A DNA stretch of 64,000 nt from Mobula hypostoma (lineage: Eukaryota): NCBI RefSeq assembly GCF_963921235.1, contig NC_086118.1, forward strand, positions 25,050,001-25,114,000, written 5' to 3'. Of this stretch, positions 1 to 13,034 are shown in pieces. The position numbers and the translations under genes are program-made. A model generated the notes under the pieces. That model was not told the origin of the DNA. It did no database searches and saw only the letters and a program-made list of their open reading frames with translations. Numbering within the stretch: position 1 is the stretch's first letter; the number at the start of each line of letters is the position of its first letter.

Positions 1-407
1 CAGGCTTGGACAAAAAGGTCATCCCATTTTTTGCAATAGTTGGCAGACATAGCAGTGGATATTGAGGGACCTAAGGCTGATATTATCTGTGGAATCTTAT
101 TTTAAGCAGTAGTTTTCTGGAGGTAAATGAAGAAGAGAGATCTTACCCTGCTGCTAATTTGCACTTTGCTTCACAGTTTAATTCTGTCCTTGGAATGAAT
201 ATTATGTCAATACACTACTGACATATCACTTCACCACCTACAGAAGGCTTCCTCAGTATTTCAGTTTATTTTCAGCAATAACTTAATGAAGGACATCCTC
301 AAAAAACATGAGAAACACCTGACAAAGTTTGGCTGTCAGAAGTATACTTTACATCAGCAAAATTTCTTATAAAAATATGTATAGCAACACAGGACAAAGT
401 CAATTCA

Positions 408-632
408 CACACAAACAAGAGAAAATCTACAGATGCTGGAAATCTGAGCCACACACACAAAATGCTGGATGAACTCAGCAGGCCACACAGCGTCTGTGGA
501 AAGGAGAATAGTCGATGTTTCGAGCCGAAACCATTTGGCAGGACTGGAGAAGGGTTTCGGCCCGAAATGTTGACTGTATTCTTTTCCTAGATGCTGCCTG
601 GCCCACTGAGTTCTTCCAGCATTTTCTGTGTG
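408..632. mobile_element. Penelope-like terminal-repeat-derived fold-back element with degenerate hammerhead cores
   Basis: About 80-nt inverted arms (caaaatgctggatgaactcagcaggcc ... ggcccactgagttcttccagcatttt). The same repeat recurs many times in the window. Confidence 0.6.
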
Positions 633-671
633 AAAGTCAAATCAAAAGTCACTTACCTACATTAAAGGGCT

Positions 672-862
672 GGTTTACAGTAGGCAGTTGACCAGACAGT
701 ATGTTTTTGGGATGTTGTAGTAACCGAGGCACCCCGACAAAAGCTGTCTATTCATTGGGAGAAGTTGCAACTCCTCACTGACAACATGTGACATCAGGAT
801 CGGATCAAATCCCTGGAACTGTGAAGTAGCAACACTATCAATGATGCTATGATGCCACCCTC
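672..862 (-). mobile_element. Decayed HE1-like tRNA-derived V-SINE
   Basis: Reverse-complement similarity to the SINE copies at 7692, 25679 and 52562. Confidence 0.45.
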
Positions 863-1384
863 TACCATTCCTGTGGCAAACTGAAGACCGGTAGAGGTAA
901 AGAGTTGTCTTATTTGATTGAAGTAGTAGAACACTGGAAGGGTTAAAGTCCACTGGCAGTAATCTTTATTACAATAATTGCAATGATTGTAGCTCCAAGA
1001 AATCTCATGTCGAGCGGAGTTCTAAGATTACTGTCTGCTGAGATACCAAGGCAACCCACAGAGTTGTTGAAATGCTTAGCTGGAAATAATAAGAGCACAG
1101 AGGGAATAAGTAGCTTCAATACTGTAATAAATAACAGTAATAGACATGAGCTAACATGTAAGCAGTGAACAGAAATGTCACTATAGCATTGCTACAATAT
1201 TTATTTCAGGCTGCAGCTGCGACATGTGGAATGGTTGCAGGGCAGACCTGAGTATAAACAGGGGTATATTTTTAGCATGTAGATACTTGCTGCCTACCAT
1301 GGAAGATTAAGGGTATTTTATTTTAAAGTGGAAGTTGCGTGAGATTTTGTTAAATCTATGATGTTACTGGTTCCTTAAGGTTAT

Positions 1385-1935
1385 CATAATCAGTGGAGAT
1401 AGGGGGATAAGCTCCCACTTAATAGACTCTGACAACGAAGTCCAGCTCCTGGCCATCACATGTGGCTTAGCTACTAAGCCCAGTGGAACCATTTCTACTG
1501 AAAGGAGAAGGGGTAAAGGCAGGTTACTGGTGCCTTAAGACCAGTTGCTTCAGGCAGATGGGGCTCATTGGCCATTGTTGGCAGCTTATCTAGGAGAAGG
1601 AAAACTCTGATCTCAATCCTCTGCTGCCTTTTAGCTACATCCACTGATGGAAAAGACAGGGAGTAAACCCCGAAGGAAAATCCGGAGCTGGAGTCATCTA
1701 AAGCAGTCCAACATTGAGGTCAACGCTGACTGGCAACTCCTGCGACACCACTGGTGCCAAACTGTATCAACCTCTGCTGTTCCTTTGGATTCATCAGTTG
1801 CATGGAGAAGGGGACCCTGTTGCATAGGCAACAGCTTGCTCTCCATACAGTACTGCCCTGGGTTATGAACCAGCTTGCATATCACGTAGACGGCTAGGAT
1901 GCAAGATCCAGTTCAATCCTGGCCAGTGGAGAGTC
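1385..1935 (+). mobile_element. Probable non-autonomous RTE-type retroposon (UTR-like sequence, no ORF)
   Basis: GC-richer block with motifs resembling RTE-clade 5'UTRs (ggagaaggaaaactctga, gtaaaccccgaaggaaaatccggagc). Family recalled, not searched. Confidence 0.35.
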
Positions 1936-2619
1936 TCATGATGTTGCTGCCAATTGGAACATTTTTCACACTTCACATACTTGCTGTCAGTAACTCAAGT
2001 TAGGTGCATGCTTAGTGAGTCTTTAGATAAACCTTTACAACACCTTTCAAAATGTACAAAATACTGTCTTGTGGCTGGAACAGGGACAAGTTTTATGTCC
2101 TGTCTAAGGCCCTATAGTCACATTTTTGGTAGAATTTCTTTAGAAATATGGGCCACTTTCCCCCTCAAATGCAGTATAATAGAAACTTGTCACACGTACT
2201 CAAAATCCATGTTGTGATGGACGTGCTTTTCTATACATGACAACTGCCAAATTTTGTTGCGTGAAATGGCTTCAAATAAGGTAGTTTTATCAGATCTGTT
2301 ATCAATTATGTGAAGTGGACAGCAACCTGGAATTTCAGTTTTCTAATACGTTTTTAATGCAGAATTGATGGGGTATGGAGGACTAGGGGCTGGTGCAGGT
2401 TGAGGGGTCTAGGCTGAATAATAGTTCAGCACAGACTGAAGGGCCAATTTCTACTGTGCTGTAGTGTTCTATGACACTATGATCATTAAATGTACCTTGA
2501 AACACAAAACACCTATTGAAGTTACAAATTCACTGTTCAATGAAACATCCTGATACAATTTACTCAAACTGACCTTGAGCACACAGCTTTAAATTTTCTC
2601 TCCAGACTTTTAAACCCAC

Positions 2620-2752
2620 CATTATCTGATCCTTACTAACTCTTCCTTCAGTTAGTCCTGACGAAGGGTCTCGGCCTGAAACGTCAACTGTACCTCTTCC
2701 TAGAGATGCTGCCTGGCCTGCTGCGTTCACCAGCAACTTTGATGTGTGTTGA
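2620..2752 (+). mobile_element. Penelope-like terminal repeat fragment containing a minimal type I hammerhead motif (2649-2690)
   Basis: agtc-CTGACGA-A-GGGtctcggCCT-GAAA-CG-TC-aactg, followed by the conserved gatgctgcctggcctgctg...ccagca tail shared with other copies. Confidence 0.65.
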
Positions 2753-3714
2753 TTACCTGATCCCTCCTGTTTTGTTATTGATAAAAGTCTCTGCTTCTGA
2801 TAAATCTTCAGTAATTATTTGTAGCTTGGGATAAAAAAGAATATAACTTTTATTTTCCTATATAAAGTACAAAATCATCAGGCTATTTCTATGGTAAAAT
2901 TAATATCCACGTTGTTATTTTTCTTTAGGGATGATAGTCTTATAATTTTTTTTCCTATTTCTGAACGATTGGTGATTTATGTTGCATTCCTATTTTGGCA
3001 AGCACATGAAACATTTCATTTTGGGTCACTCTAAAATTTAGTCAGAACTTGTATGATAATTTTACAAATAGGAGTTTTCAATAAGCACTAAGAGGAGTTT
3101 GTTTTGGAATGGGAAACTAGACATTGATTCCTTATCAGATTCTAGATCTGGAGGCATTATTTTCTTTTGACCAAGTAACAATTTTTCTGTTTCTCTAATG
3201 AGTGATATTTTAATACATTTAGCAACCCTAACAGGTAGACGCTGTCTGAAACATTACTGTGCTAAGTGCCTCAAGAGGGTCTTGTGATCTCACTTCTCCG
3301 TTGGCTAATCAGCAGGGTCCACAAGAAGAAACTGAGCAAGAATTGCCAAGTCATACCTTATGCTCAAAGTATACAGACACATGTAAAGGTTGAGGATAGG
3401 AAGTGCCTTCATCCCTGAATAGAAAGCTGTCAATTGTTATCTGTTCATATGTTGGGTGGACTATTGCAGAATTCCACACGCTCATGAGACTGTACCTGAG
3501 CAGCAACATGAGTATTAAGATAAGGAGGAGAGAATGAGGAGCAACAGTAATGAAATGAAATTTCTGTCTTTGACTGTTAAATGTTATGGTGAAATGTGAT
3601 GTGTCTGGGAATGTGATAGAGGGGAATGAAGTACATGCTCTCATTGACTAAGTTTGTGCACCTATGAAACACATGATATCAGCTCCACAGTGCTAACTAG
3701 CTTAATTGGAGACA

Positions 3715-3812
3715 AGCAAGACACTCAAAATGCTGGGGGAGCTCAGCAGGCCAGGCAGCATCTATGGAAAAGAGCACAATCAACGTTTCAGGCTGAGACC
3801 CTTCAGCAGGAC
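3715..3812 (-). mobile_element. Penelope-like terminal repeat fragment, hammerhead core mutated (CTGCTGA)
   Basis: Reverse complement reads gtcctgctgaagggtctcagcctgaaacgttg, adjacent to the shared family tail. Confidence 0.6.
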
Positions 3813-3982
3813 AATTGGAGACAATGAACCATTCTAGTTTGTTGGTAGGCCAGAACTAAAAGTCAACTTGTAAAGCACATAGTGGTAGAGTTTAATGGTC
3901 TTAATCAAGAGGTTATTCTTCTGCAGTCTGGTCTCTGGCCTGATTTATTCTTTAAAGTGTTTGTGGACGTAAGATGGATCTT

Positions 3983-4806
3983 AGTTCAAGTTTAATTATC
4001 ATTCAACCATACGCATAAATACAGAGAAATGAAACAGTGTTTCTCTGGGACCAAGATGCAAAACACAATACTCATAATCATACACAGCACACAGCACATA
4101 TTGTTATGATAGCAGAAAAACATACAGTCACAAAAATAAATAGCTCAAGTTCCTGAGTGTCATGGCCTATAGATTGATGGTTCATGGGATGTTGTCCTGG
4201 AGCCATGTTTCGGCAAGACCAAGCATGCAACAGTCCTCATTACACACTAGTGTAGCCACAGACGAACACGATCCAGCTTGTCTTCCACTGACCAAACACT
4301 GGAGAGCTACACCGATGGGAGGGACCGACCCCAAGCTCTGCACGGACTCCAGCACGCTCCCACACCACATCTGGCATCTCCACCCCTTGGCAGCTGCAAC
4401 AGGCCTTTTGCATGCAACAACCAAGGCCACACAACTCCCCCGCCGTCGGTCTCCCCAATGAACCAGTGCACTAACTTACAGGTTTCTATATCAACAATGT
4501 TCAGCAGGATCTAACGATCACAAGAAAAATGTCCAAGGCAATCACTTGCACCATTTTTGGACCACCACCACACACCATCTCTGACGCCTTCCTCCTTGGG
4601 TATGGTAGGCAGCAAAACAATTTGCAACATATCCAGCTCCACCGACATCAAGCAACTCGCCAGCAGGACAGATCTGCGGCACTCCATGTTCAAAATATCC
4701 AGCAGTGTCAAGCAATCGCAAAAAAGACGCAAAGGACAAACAATTACGCCTTTGTTTGGATCTGGAGAGGCCACTGCAACAGAGTACATCGCCGTCTTAC
4801 CAGAAG
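3983..4806 (-). mobile_element. Non-autonomous LINE-derived retroposon (Rex/L2-type 3' tail, no intact ORF)
   Basis: Minus strand ends in gaatgataattaaacttgaact and begins near gtaagacggcg. GC-richer body; architecture parallels 10020-10715. Confidence 0.45.
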
Positions 4807-6654
4807 AATAAATGAGGTAACTTTACTCTGCTTCCTAGATTTCCTAAGTATTTGATAGTGAAACCATGTGATACCTTCCACAACAGCTCAACAATCCTAT
4901 CAAAGAAAATATTTCTATTGTTAGCATAGGTTATGAACTGGATATTAGCCAGCTAAAAAGAATAACATATTCCATGCATCTACATATAGGAATGGCTCAG
5001 AAATGTTAAGTTCTCATGAATGAAGATCGGTCGAATATTTTTGCACAGGCAGCACAGAACAGCACATTAGCTGATCAAATAATGTTGAGTTTATTTTAAA
5101 CCAAATACCATATAAGGAGAAACTATGAGATCATATTAACAGTTTCCAAATAGCAAGAACTCAGTTTATGCAACAGCTTTAGAGTACATCATGAGTTTGC
5201 TGTTCCTGTAAAAAGACTGTTGTGTAATGGTGTTTTTGAAAAAAACAGCTTACCACCTGTCTAGGATTTTGTAGTTCTTCACAAGCTTTGAAGCAAATCC
5301 TAGTTCTTAATTTCTTTGACTGCTTGTCTGGATTTCCTTCATTATTTTTAAATAATGAGGTTGATAACTCTGAAAGATCCAGGGCTGAATGAATTAAAAC
5401 AATGTAAAACTGTGTAATCAATGTCACCTGCTGTTACTTATGTTCCAATACAGCATGTTCAAATGCAGAACTGATACATTGCATTGTTCCACCATTAGCT
5501 CCTTGAAGATGGCACCTTCTTGCCTGCCTTATCTTTGAAACCCATTGAGTAGTTTGACATTTTTATATTGCCCATAAATTAGACTCATTGCAGAATGTTG
5601 TATCACATTTTCATGTCCAAAGAATGTTGTAACAGTGTTATGTTAATTACTGCTAAATAAATCTCTCTATCTCTGGAGAAAATAATGATTACAAATGTAT
5701 AGTTTCTTTCCTTCAATATTAAATTATTTACTAGGTTTTCCTTTGCCTCTTTCTTATTCTAGTATTTCCACAACCCTTCGTATTTCTATTTCTGTCCCTA
5801 ACGTAGCATTGGGCTCAAGCATTCTAATCTGTTGCACAATTTATTTCTCAATCCTTCAACCTGATTGGATCAAGAAGTATCCAATTGTTTTCCGCGTTTG
5901 CTCAGACCCTCATTACTTTGCCAAGAAAAGAATTTAAAAGCCTAATTTTCCAAGCCAAGTTAATTTAGGTCTTTGACATCAGTGCTTCAAACAGTATATT
6001 GGAGATGGGGCTTTTGTCAGATTTTGAGTATTTTCTCCACTAACAAAAAAGCAAACAAAATGAATGTTATGAACATCTCCATTGACCAGAAGAATAACAG
6101 GACCACAAGCATGAGTACTGTGGCTACTGGAGCAGGTCAGAAACTTATTTACTTTTGAAGTGTCTTTACGTGTGGTGAATGACTTCTTGTTTTCTCAAAG
6201 CCTCATCACCAGCAGCAAGGCACAAACTAGGAATTTGAGCCACTTGCCTGGATGTGTACAGGTCCAACAATGTGTAATAAGCTCCTTGTTTAGTATCCTG
6301 TCCGAAACTCTCAATGTTTAATACCTCCATTGTGTTCTGGTATACAATGTCCACAAATACTCTGCAGTTACTCAGTAAGGCTTCTCCACAACACCACCTC
6401 AGCCTTTAACACAAAGGGAAGGAGGGCCATCAGCTGCAGGTTCCCCTGCACATCACTTTCCCTTCATTGCTGCATTGAAGGGCAGTTACGGAGGGGCAAT
6501 AAACACTGGCCATTCTAGTGACGTTGTCATTACCATAATTAAATTTTTAAAAAAACACTGACTTCTGATTTAAAAAATCAGTCATATTGTCAGCAAAATG
6601 CAATCAGTGAAGAAGTTTCAGAAACAAATTATGTAATTAGTCATCTACTTACAG

Positions 6655-7150
6655 GGAATGTGAAAAAGGATGAAAGAGTACAGAGAAAATTTATAAGGAT
6701 GTTGCTGGGTCTGGAGAACCTGAGTTAAAAGGGAAGATTGAATAGGTTAGGACTGTATTCCTTGGAACATAGAAGACTGAGAGGAGGTTTGATAGAATTA
6801 TCCAAAATTATGAGAGATATAGTCAGGGTAAATGCAGGAGGCTTTTTCCACAGAGTTTCAGTGGGACTACAACCAGAGGTCGTGGGTTAAGGGTGAAAGG
6901 TGAAAAGTTTAAGGGGAACATGAGGGGAAACTTCTCCACTCAGAGGGTCGTGAGAATGTGGAACGTGTTTCCTGCACAAGTGGAGCATGCAAGCTCAATT
7001 TCAACGTTTAAGAGAAGTTTGGATAGGCTCATGGACAGTAGGGGTATGGAGGGCAATGGTCCCAGAGAGGGGTATAGGAGTAGGCAATTTAAATTGTTTG
7101 GCATGGACAATATGGGCTGAAGTGCCTGCTTTATGTACTTTTCTATGACT
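6655..7150 (+). mobile_element. CR1 LINE 3' fragment
   Basis: ORF 6893..7120 (KGEKFKGNMRGNFSTQRVVRMWN) is the CR1 ORF2 C-terminus, followed by a CR1-like 3'UTR. Confidence 0.85.
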
Positions 7151-7399
7151 AAATAAAATCAGCCATAGATCACTCCATGAGAAATAATAAGTCATTCTTA
7201 TTCTGACCTGCGGTGGTTGTCTCACAATGGATTTTGGATATTTTTCGACAGTGTAAGAATTTGGGAGGAAAAAAAGGCAGAAAATCCCAAAGTGTGTTTA
7301 CCAGGTTGTTAAATTTTTCTGCTATATTTGTGGGCGCCTTTGGTAGAACTGACGCCTCACTGTTCCAGCCACACACATTCAACCACGATCTCTGGTGCT

Positions 7400-8036
7400 G
7401 CCTGTGTGAGGTTTGATCATGTGGGTTTCATCTGGGTTCTGAGATTTCCTCCTACATCCCAAAGGCATGCAGGTCGGTAGGTTAAATGGCCACAGTAAAT
7501 ATTTCCTAGCATGTGGGTAGAAATTGGGGTGGGTTTGGGGGGGGTGGTGGTGGTGGAGTTGATGGAAATGTGAGGAGAATTAAATAATGGAATCAGTGTA
7601 GGATTAGTGTAAATGGTCGCCCGTTGGTTGGTACTGCCATTATGGGCCAAAGGGCTTGTTCTGGTGCTTTATGACCCCGTGAGTCTATTCAGGGCGGCAT
7701 AGCGATGCAGCTAGTAGAGCCACTACCTCATGATGTCGGGGAACTGAGTCCAATCCTGACAGTGGGTGCAGTGTGGTTTGCATGTTCTCCTTGTAACCAC
7801 GTGTTTCCACTTGTGCTCTGCTTTCCTCCCATATGCCAGGGACACGCAAGTCAGTAGGTTAATTGACCAGTGTACATTGCCTCTAGTAAATTGGTGAGTG
7901 GTAGGATGTGAGGGGAGTTGAGATGATAGTGGGAAGAACAGAAAGTGGGATTAATTTAAGATTAGTGTAGATGGGTGGCGATGGTCGGCACTGATTCTGT
8001 GGCGGAAGAGCCAGTTTTCATCTTGCATCTCTCTGT
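7400..8036 (+). mobile_element. Two tandem HE1-like V-SINE copies (partial ~7400-7690; near complete ~7692-8036)
   Basis: tRNA-like head gggcggcatagcgatgcagctagtagagc, then tttgcatgttctcc / tttcctcccata / gtaggttaattg body seen in both copies, with CR1-like tails. Confidence 0.65.
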
Positions 8037-9171
8037 AAACATCTGTCTGTCTTCACGTTTGCTTCCAGCGGCTTGCCACATTTTTTGAGATTGCATTGCT
8101 TCTGTTTTAGGTTATAGGAGAGCTGAGGTTACTGCAGCTTCACACCCTTTGACAACATTAATATCAGTGAGGGGCTTCATACAAGGACATACTTGGTAGC
8201 CATTTCCATTAATTCTGATGTATCACGATCCTCCCAGTAGGTAGGTTTGAGTTGGAAAAGTTTGAATTTTCCCTGTTGTTCTTATTTTAAGGAATTGGCT
8301 GATTATGCAGTTGCATGTCCAAGTAATCAGTAATATTTGCTTGGTTTGGGTTGTGAGTTGATTTAACTTTCATCTTGGACATTAGATATAAAATGTTGGC
8401 TAAGTGGGGATGCTTATAAGCTTGTAATCTAATTTCAGGATTCAGATGTTGAAAACTCTGATAGTAAATCCTGAGCATTAGATTACTGCTCTGTTTCAGT
8501 GGTCTGATGTCTATTTCACATGCTTACCATGTGCGATTTTCAGACTTTTCTTTCAGGTTGAGAGCCCTGCTGACAGCAGTTGTTCTTGCAGAATTATGAC
8601 ACAAGATGCTGGAAATAAACTGCAGTCTTGTCAGCAGTTGTAAAGCAGAGGCATCCGAATCCAAATCATTAACCCTTCCTTTCTCTTTCTAGATGCTGAG
8701 TAAGCACTAATGGGACTTCCTTTTAGTTCTAGATTTTTTCCCCCAATTTGTAATCTTTGCTGCATGCACTCTGTTTGTGCCGCCAAAACATCATTTTCCA
8801 TGATGTATGCATGTCTGATACCTCTACTGAATGATCACTACACTGTGGCTGCAGGTCGCACGAGATGGGATTTGCAGTTTCTTTGCAGAAATTGTTAAAG
8901 TAGGTGTACATTACGAAATTGGCAATGTTTGCCATCAGTTCCTTGTGCCTTGAAATGAATAAAAAACAGATGGTTACACAAAGCCAAAAGATCCAGAATA
9001 AATCCCTTTACTATTCTAAATTTACAGAAGTCTTAAGCCCATTTTAATGAGAAAAGTTCAATCTTCTGTTAAACCAACATACAATTTTAAAGATTCTGTG
9101 AGCGCAAGTGGTTCCTTCACCACCGCCACTCCCTCAGCCTCCTGCCACTGTTAAGTTTGCATGTAGGCCTC

Positions 9172-9362
9172 ACACACAATATGCTGGAGGAACTCGGGCA
9201 GCATCTATGGAAAAAGTACAGTTGATTATTTGGGCCAGAACCTTTCAGCCCACAACGTTAACTGTACTTTCCTCCATGGATGCTGCCTGACCTGCGAGTT
9301 CCTCCAGCATTCTGTGTGCGTTGCTCGGATTTCCAGCATCTGCAGATTTTCACTTGTTTGCA
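9172..9362. mobile_element. Penelope-like fold-back repeat
   Basis: Inverted arms atgctggaggaactc...gcagcatctatggaaaaagtacagttga and aactgtacttt...ccatggatgctgcc...gagttcctccagcat. Confidence 0.6.
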
Positions 9363-10019
9363 TGTAGGCCTGCTTTCTTAAACTCATCATAAGATTAAAT
9401 TTTGGGCGTTCCAACAGTTATCCAGCGACTGGAGCACAAATCTCATATGAAGAAATTGGAATTTAAATTGCGTAAATTAATTAAACAAAAATTAATCTAA
9501 AATAAAATGTTAGCATTCTTGATGTATTGATGGGATTGTCATGTAAACTCATCAAGTTCACCAGTGTCTCTGTGGGGAAGGAAGTCTGCTTGTCCTGTAT
9601 TTGCTGTCTGTTTTAGATCTTCTGTCCTTATTTGGCCCTTAAATGTAACTACAAGCTGACAATGATATGACTGGGTCATTATGGTGGGACCTGCTCCGCA
9701 TCATATCTTTAAATAGATAAATCAATCAGTCTGTCCTCTGATTTGCTTTAGTGAGGTACTTTGGCACATTTTAAATGAAGTTACAAACGTATTTGTCAAG
9801 AGGCATAGATGCTGGAAATCTGAAATAGAAACAGAAAAGCCTGCGAATATACAGCAAATCAGGTAGTATCTCTGGCTATGGGATCACCAGTGTTTCAGGA
9901 TACTGACTTTCATCAAAACTAGGGAAGAAAGAAAAACTTCTTCCTAATGCTGATGTAGGATCCTTGACTGGAAACATTGTTTTTCTTTGCACAGATGCAG
10001 CTTGACCTATTGAGTATTT

Positions 10020-10715
10020 TATATTAGATTATGAGAACGCTCAGTCCTCTTTCATTGAAATTTAGAAATGCATACATGCATTAAGAAATGATGCAATGTT
10101 TCTCCAGAGTGATATCACAGAAAACAGGACAAACCAAAGACCAACACTGACAGAACCACATAATTATAACATATAGTTACAGCAGTGCAGAACAATACCA
10201 TAATCTGATGAAGAACAGACCATGGGCACGGTAAAAAAAAGTCTCAAAAGTCCCGGATCGATCGACTCCCGAGTCCCCGATAGCGGCGGCAAAAGGGAGA
10301 AACTCCTTGCCATAAACCTCCAGGCACCGTCAACTTGCCAATGCCTTGGAAGCAGCCGACTACTGCCGACACTGAGTCCATCCGTCCGAAAACTTCGAGC
10401 TTCCGACCAGCCCCTCCGATACAGCCTCCCGAGCACCATCCTCTTCCGAGCACCTTCAACCTCTCTCCGGCCGCTGGAACACGCAAAGCCGAGGATTTCG
10501 GGGCCTTCAGCTCTGGAGATTCCGGTTACTACACAGTAGCAGCGGCAGCGAAGTGAGGATTTCAGAAGTTTTCCATATGTTCCTCCATGCTCTCACATCT
10601 GTCTCCATCAAATCAGAATTGTGTATGGTCCCCTACTTGACAGATAACAGATATCATCACCAAGGTGGCCGCGTGCACTACCGTCGCGCCACCATCTTCT
10701 CCTCCCTCCCCAATT
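10020..10715 (-). mobile_element. Non-autonomous CpG-rich retroposon inserted into an older Penelope-like repeat; 7-bp TSD agtattt
   Basis: agtattt at 10013-10019 and 10716-10722. The flanks rejoin as gacctattgagtattt|cctgcagttcctgtt, resembling the family tail. Minus-strand 3' end is gaggactgagcgttctcataatctaat. Confidence 0.6.
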
Positions 10716-10999
10716 AGTATTTCCTGCAGTTCCTGTTATAATTACTAAAAAAAAGCTAGTACAAAAGCAAGATTGTCATGTGGTGAAGCCTATTGCATTA
10801 GGCAATGGAGTCCGGCCTTTTTGCAGATTTTCAAGAATGGACATTAAAATCAGCTTTGACAGTGATGCTTGTCTCTCTTGTGCAAATACAAGCATTTTTT
10901 TAGAAACCGAAAGACCTTTCAGCCAATCATTTCTGTTCTGGCTTCCTGAGCAATCCCATAAGTCATGTTCCCTCATTCCTTGTTCCCCTGCATCTCTTC

Positions 11000-11240
11000 A
11001 GTTTATTTTCTCTCATACATGCCCAAGAACTCCTGTTTAGCTCTTTTGCCAATAACCTACACTAAGTGATAATCTGCAGGAGCCAATTAACTCTGCCCTG
11101 TGAGAGAAAACCAAAGCACACAGAGGAATCCCACATGGTCAGGGAAGGAATGTGCAAATTCTGCATAGACAATTGCTGAGGTCAGGTTCACACTAAGGTC
11201 CCTGAAGCAATGAATCAGTAACACAAACTGCTCTGCCATA
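11000..11240 (-). mobile_element. Decayed HE1-like SINE
   Basis: agccaattaac...gaaaaccaaagcacacagaggaatcccacatggtcaggg...tgtgcaaatt matches the antisense of the other SINE copies. Confidence 0.5.
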
Positions 11241-12473
11241 CATGGAAAAAACAATCTGAGGCTACAGTGAGTGAATATGACTGATTGTGTTGCATTCTAC
11301 TTAGAATATCACAGTCTTGTTAAAATCTATATTTGGCATATTATTTCCCATGCTTCATACTTTAACAATAGTGTACAACTGTAATATTAGCTTGGGGGGG
11401 GGGGCTGGTTATTGTAGGCTTTCACAAACTCTTTTGAACATTCAAAGCTGTTTCAAGAGTAACATAAAATAGGCAACACTCTGGGTGAAATTTGAAATCT
11501 TCCTCATTTTATTAGGCTGGAGTATCTATTTGCTAAGATGAAGAGATCAACCCCTAGTAGCATGTATTAATTGCTATTGTCATTCAGTTCATTTTGCACA
11601 TAACAATTGTATGCTGCTATTGTACGGTATATTACATAACATACTTCCAAATAGTTTCTTTTTGAAAGATTATGTACTAAAATTAATGTCAAAGCTATTA
11701 AATTACTTTCAAATAAAGATTGAATCAGTTTTTAAAATCTTACTTTTAGATTAAAAAGTTATGGTATTGGTAAATTGCTTTATTGCTTAGTTTAAGTGGT
11801 TCCAGATTGAAATGTGGCTGCTTTAATTGGTACAGACTTTATCTCAATTCATATTATACATCCCCATTTCCCTCTGCTACTGTATTTTTCCTCACACATG
11901 TCCAACTAGCATTAGCCTAGTAAATCAATATTGTATAATATCTCAGCCATTAATGCCTTTTCCACAGTGGCTCACCCAAAAGATGTCCTTAGTGCTGAAT
12001 ATAAGTGTTTTATAACTCACCATACCAAATTAATAAGGACATCTCTGAAGAACGATGTGAGTGGTCATTGCAAGGAATATATGCTAAAGTCAGCATATGT
12101 GGAAAGTGACATATGGCAGGTAAAGGCAGAGTGGATTTGATGCCTACTAATCTTCCGGATATCCCTTCCTTCAGCTTATGCCTCTTCAGTCATTTGATAA
12201 ATGACAGGGACTTCCTCAAGTCCAATCTGCTTCTTTGTTTTGCTTTGCATATTCCATGAAATAGCCAAGACAGATTCAGGTGACTGATTACTGACTTAAC
12301 AAAGCCATTTTATTTGAAAGAAAAAAACTGAAGTAATATTCATTTGAATTTTTTTTTGCTTTAAGATGACCTTGTGCCTGTGCATGTTGTAAATTCTGAA
12401 CTTCTGTTTAGTTTTCCTCGGCATTAATAAATTTAACAACTTGTAGTGACCTAAATAATATGGCTAGACAGTG

Positions 12474-13034
12474 CAGATGTCCCATGCTGCAAAAACTCAT
12501 TTCAGGAAGGTAACACCATCAATTTGCGGGAGGCTTCCAGGTGGGATGTCTGCAATAGAGTAGCTCCTTAGCAGCTGGCCAGCTAGTTTAAATAACGTTA
12601 GCTATGCTAATGAATGAATGACACCTGTTAAACTCACCTCAACATGTCTTTTACAGTCTTAACCCACCATGGGCAATAGAAAAGTCACTGTTGCAAACAG
12701 TGCAGCGAGCAGCACTGTCATTATTTTGACCCCTATTAGGCAGGGGTACACTTTAGTGTAGTCTGGAGCGACGTATGTTTTATATTTTTTTTGGAACACT
12801 CTGCCATGGCGTGCTCTCGCTCGCGCGCTCTCAAGCGATCTCGCTTGCTTTCTCTCTTGCTTGTTGTCTCTTCCTTGCTTTCTCTCTCGCTCGCTCTCTC
12901 TCGCTTTCTCGCTTGCTCTCTCTCACTCTCAAAAAAATTGATTTCCGTGATATTGTATATAATTTGCGGGCATCAGGGAGCCACTATTTATATGCAGGAG
13001 ACTCCCGGAACTTCCGGGAGAGGTGGGATGTCTG
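12474..13034 (+). mobile_element. Non-autonomous DNA transposon (CAG...CTG TIRs), 6-bp TSD acagtg, composite structure
   Basis: Termini cagatgtccca / tgggatgtctg; acagtg at 12468-12473 and 13035-13040; homologous inverted copy at 47293-47938. Strand is relative only. Confidence 0.8.
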
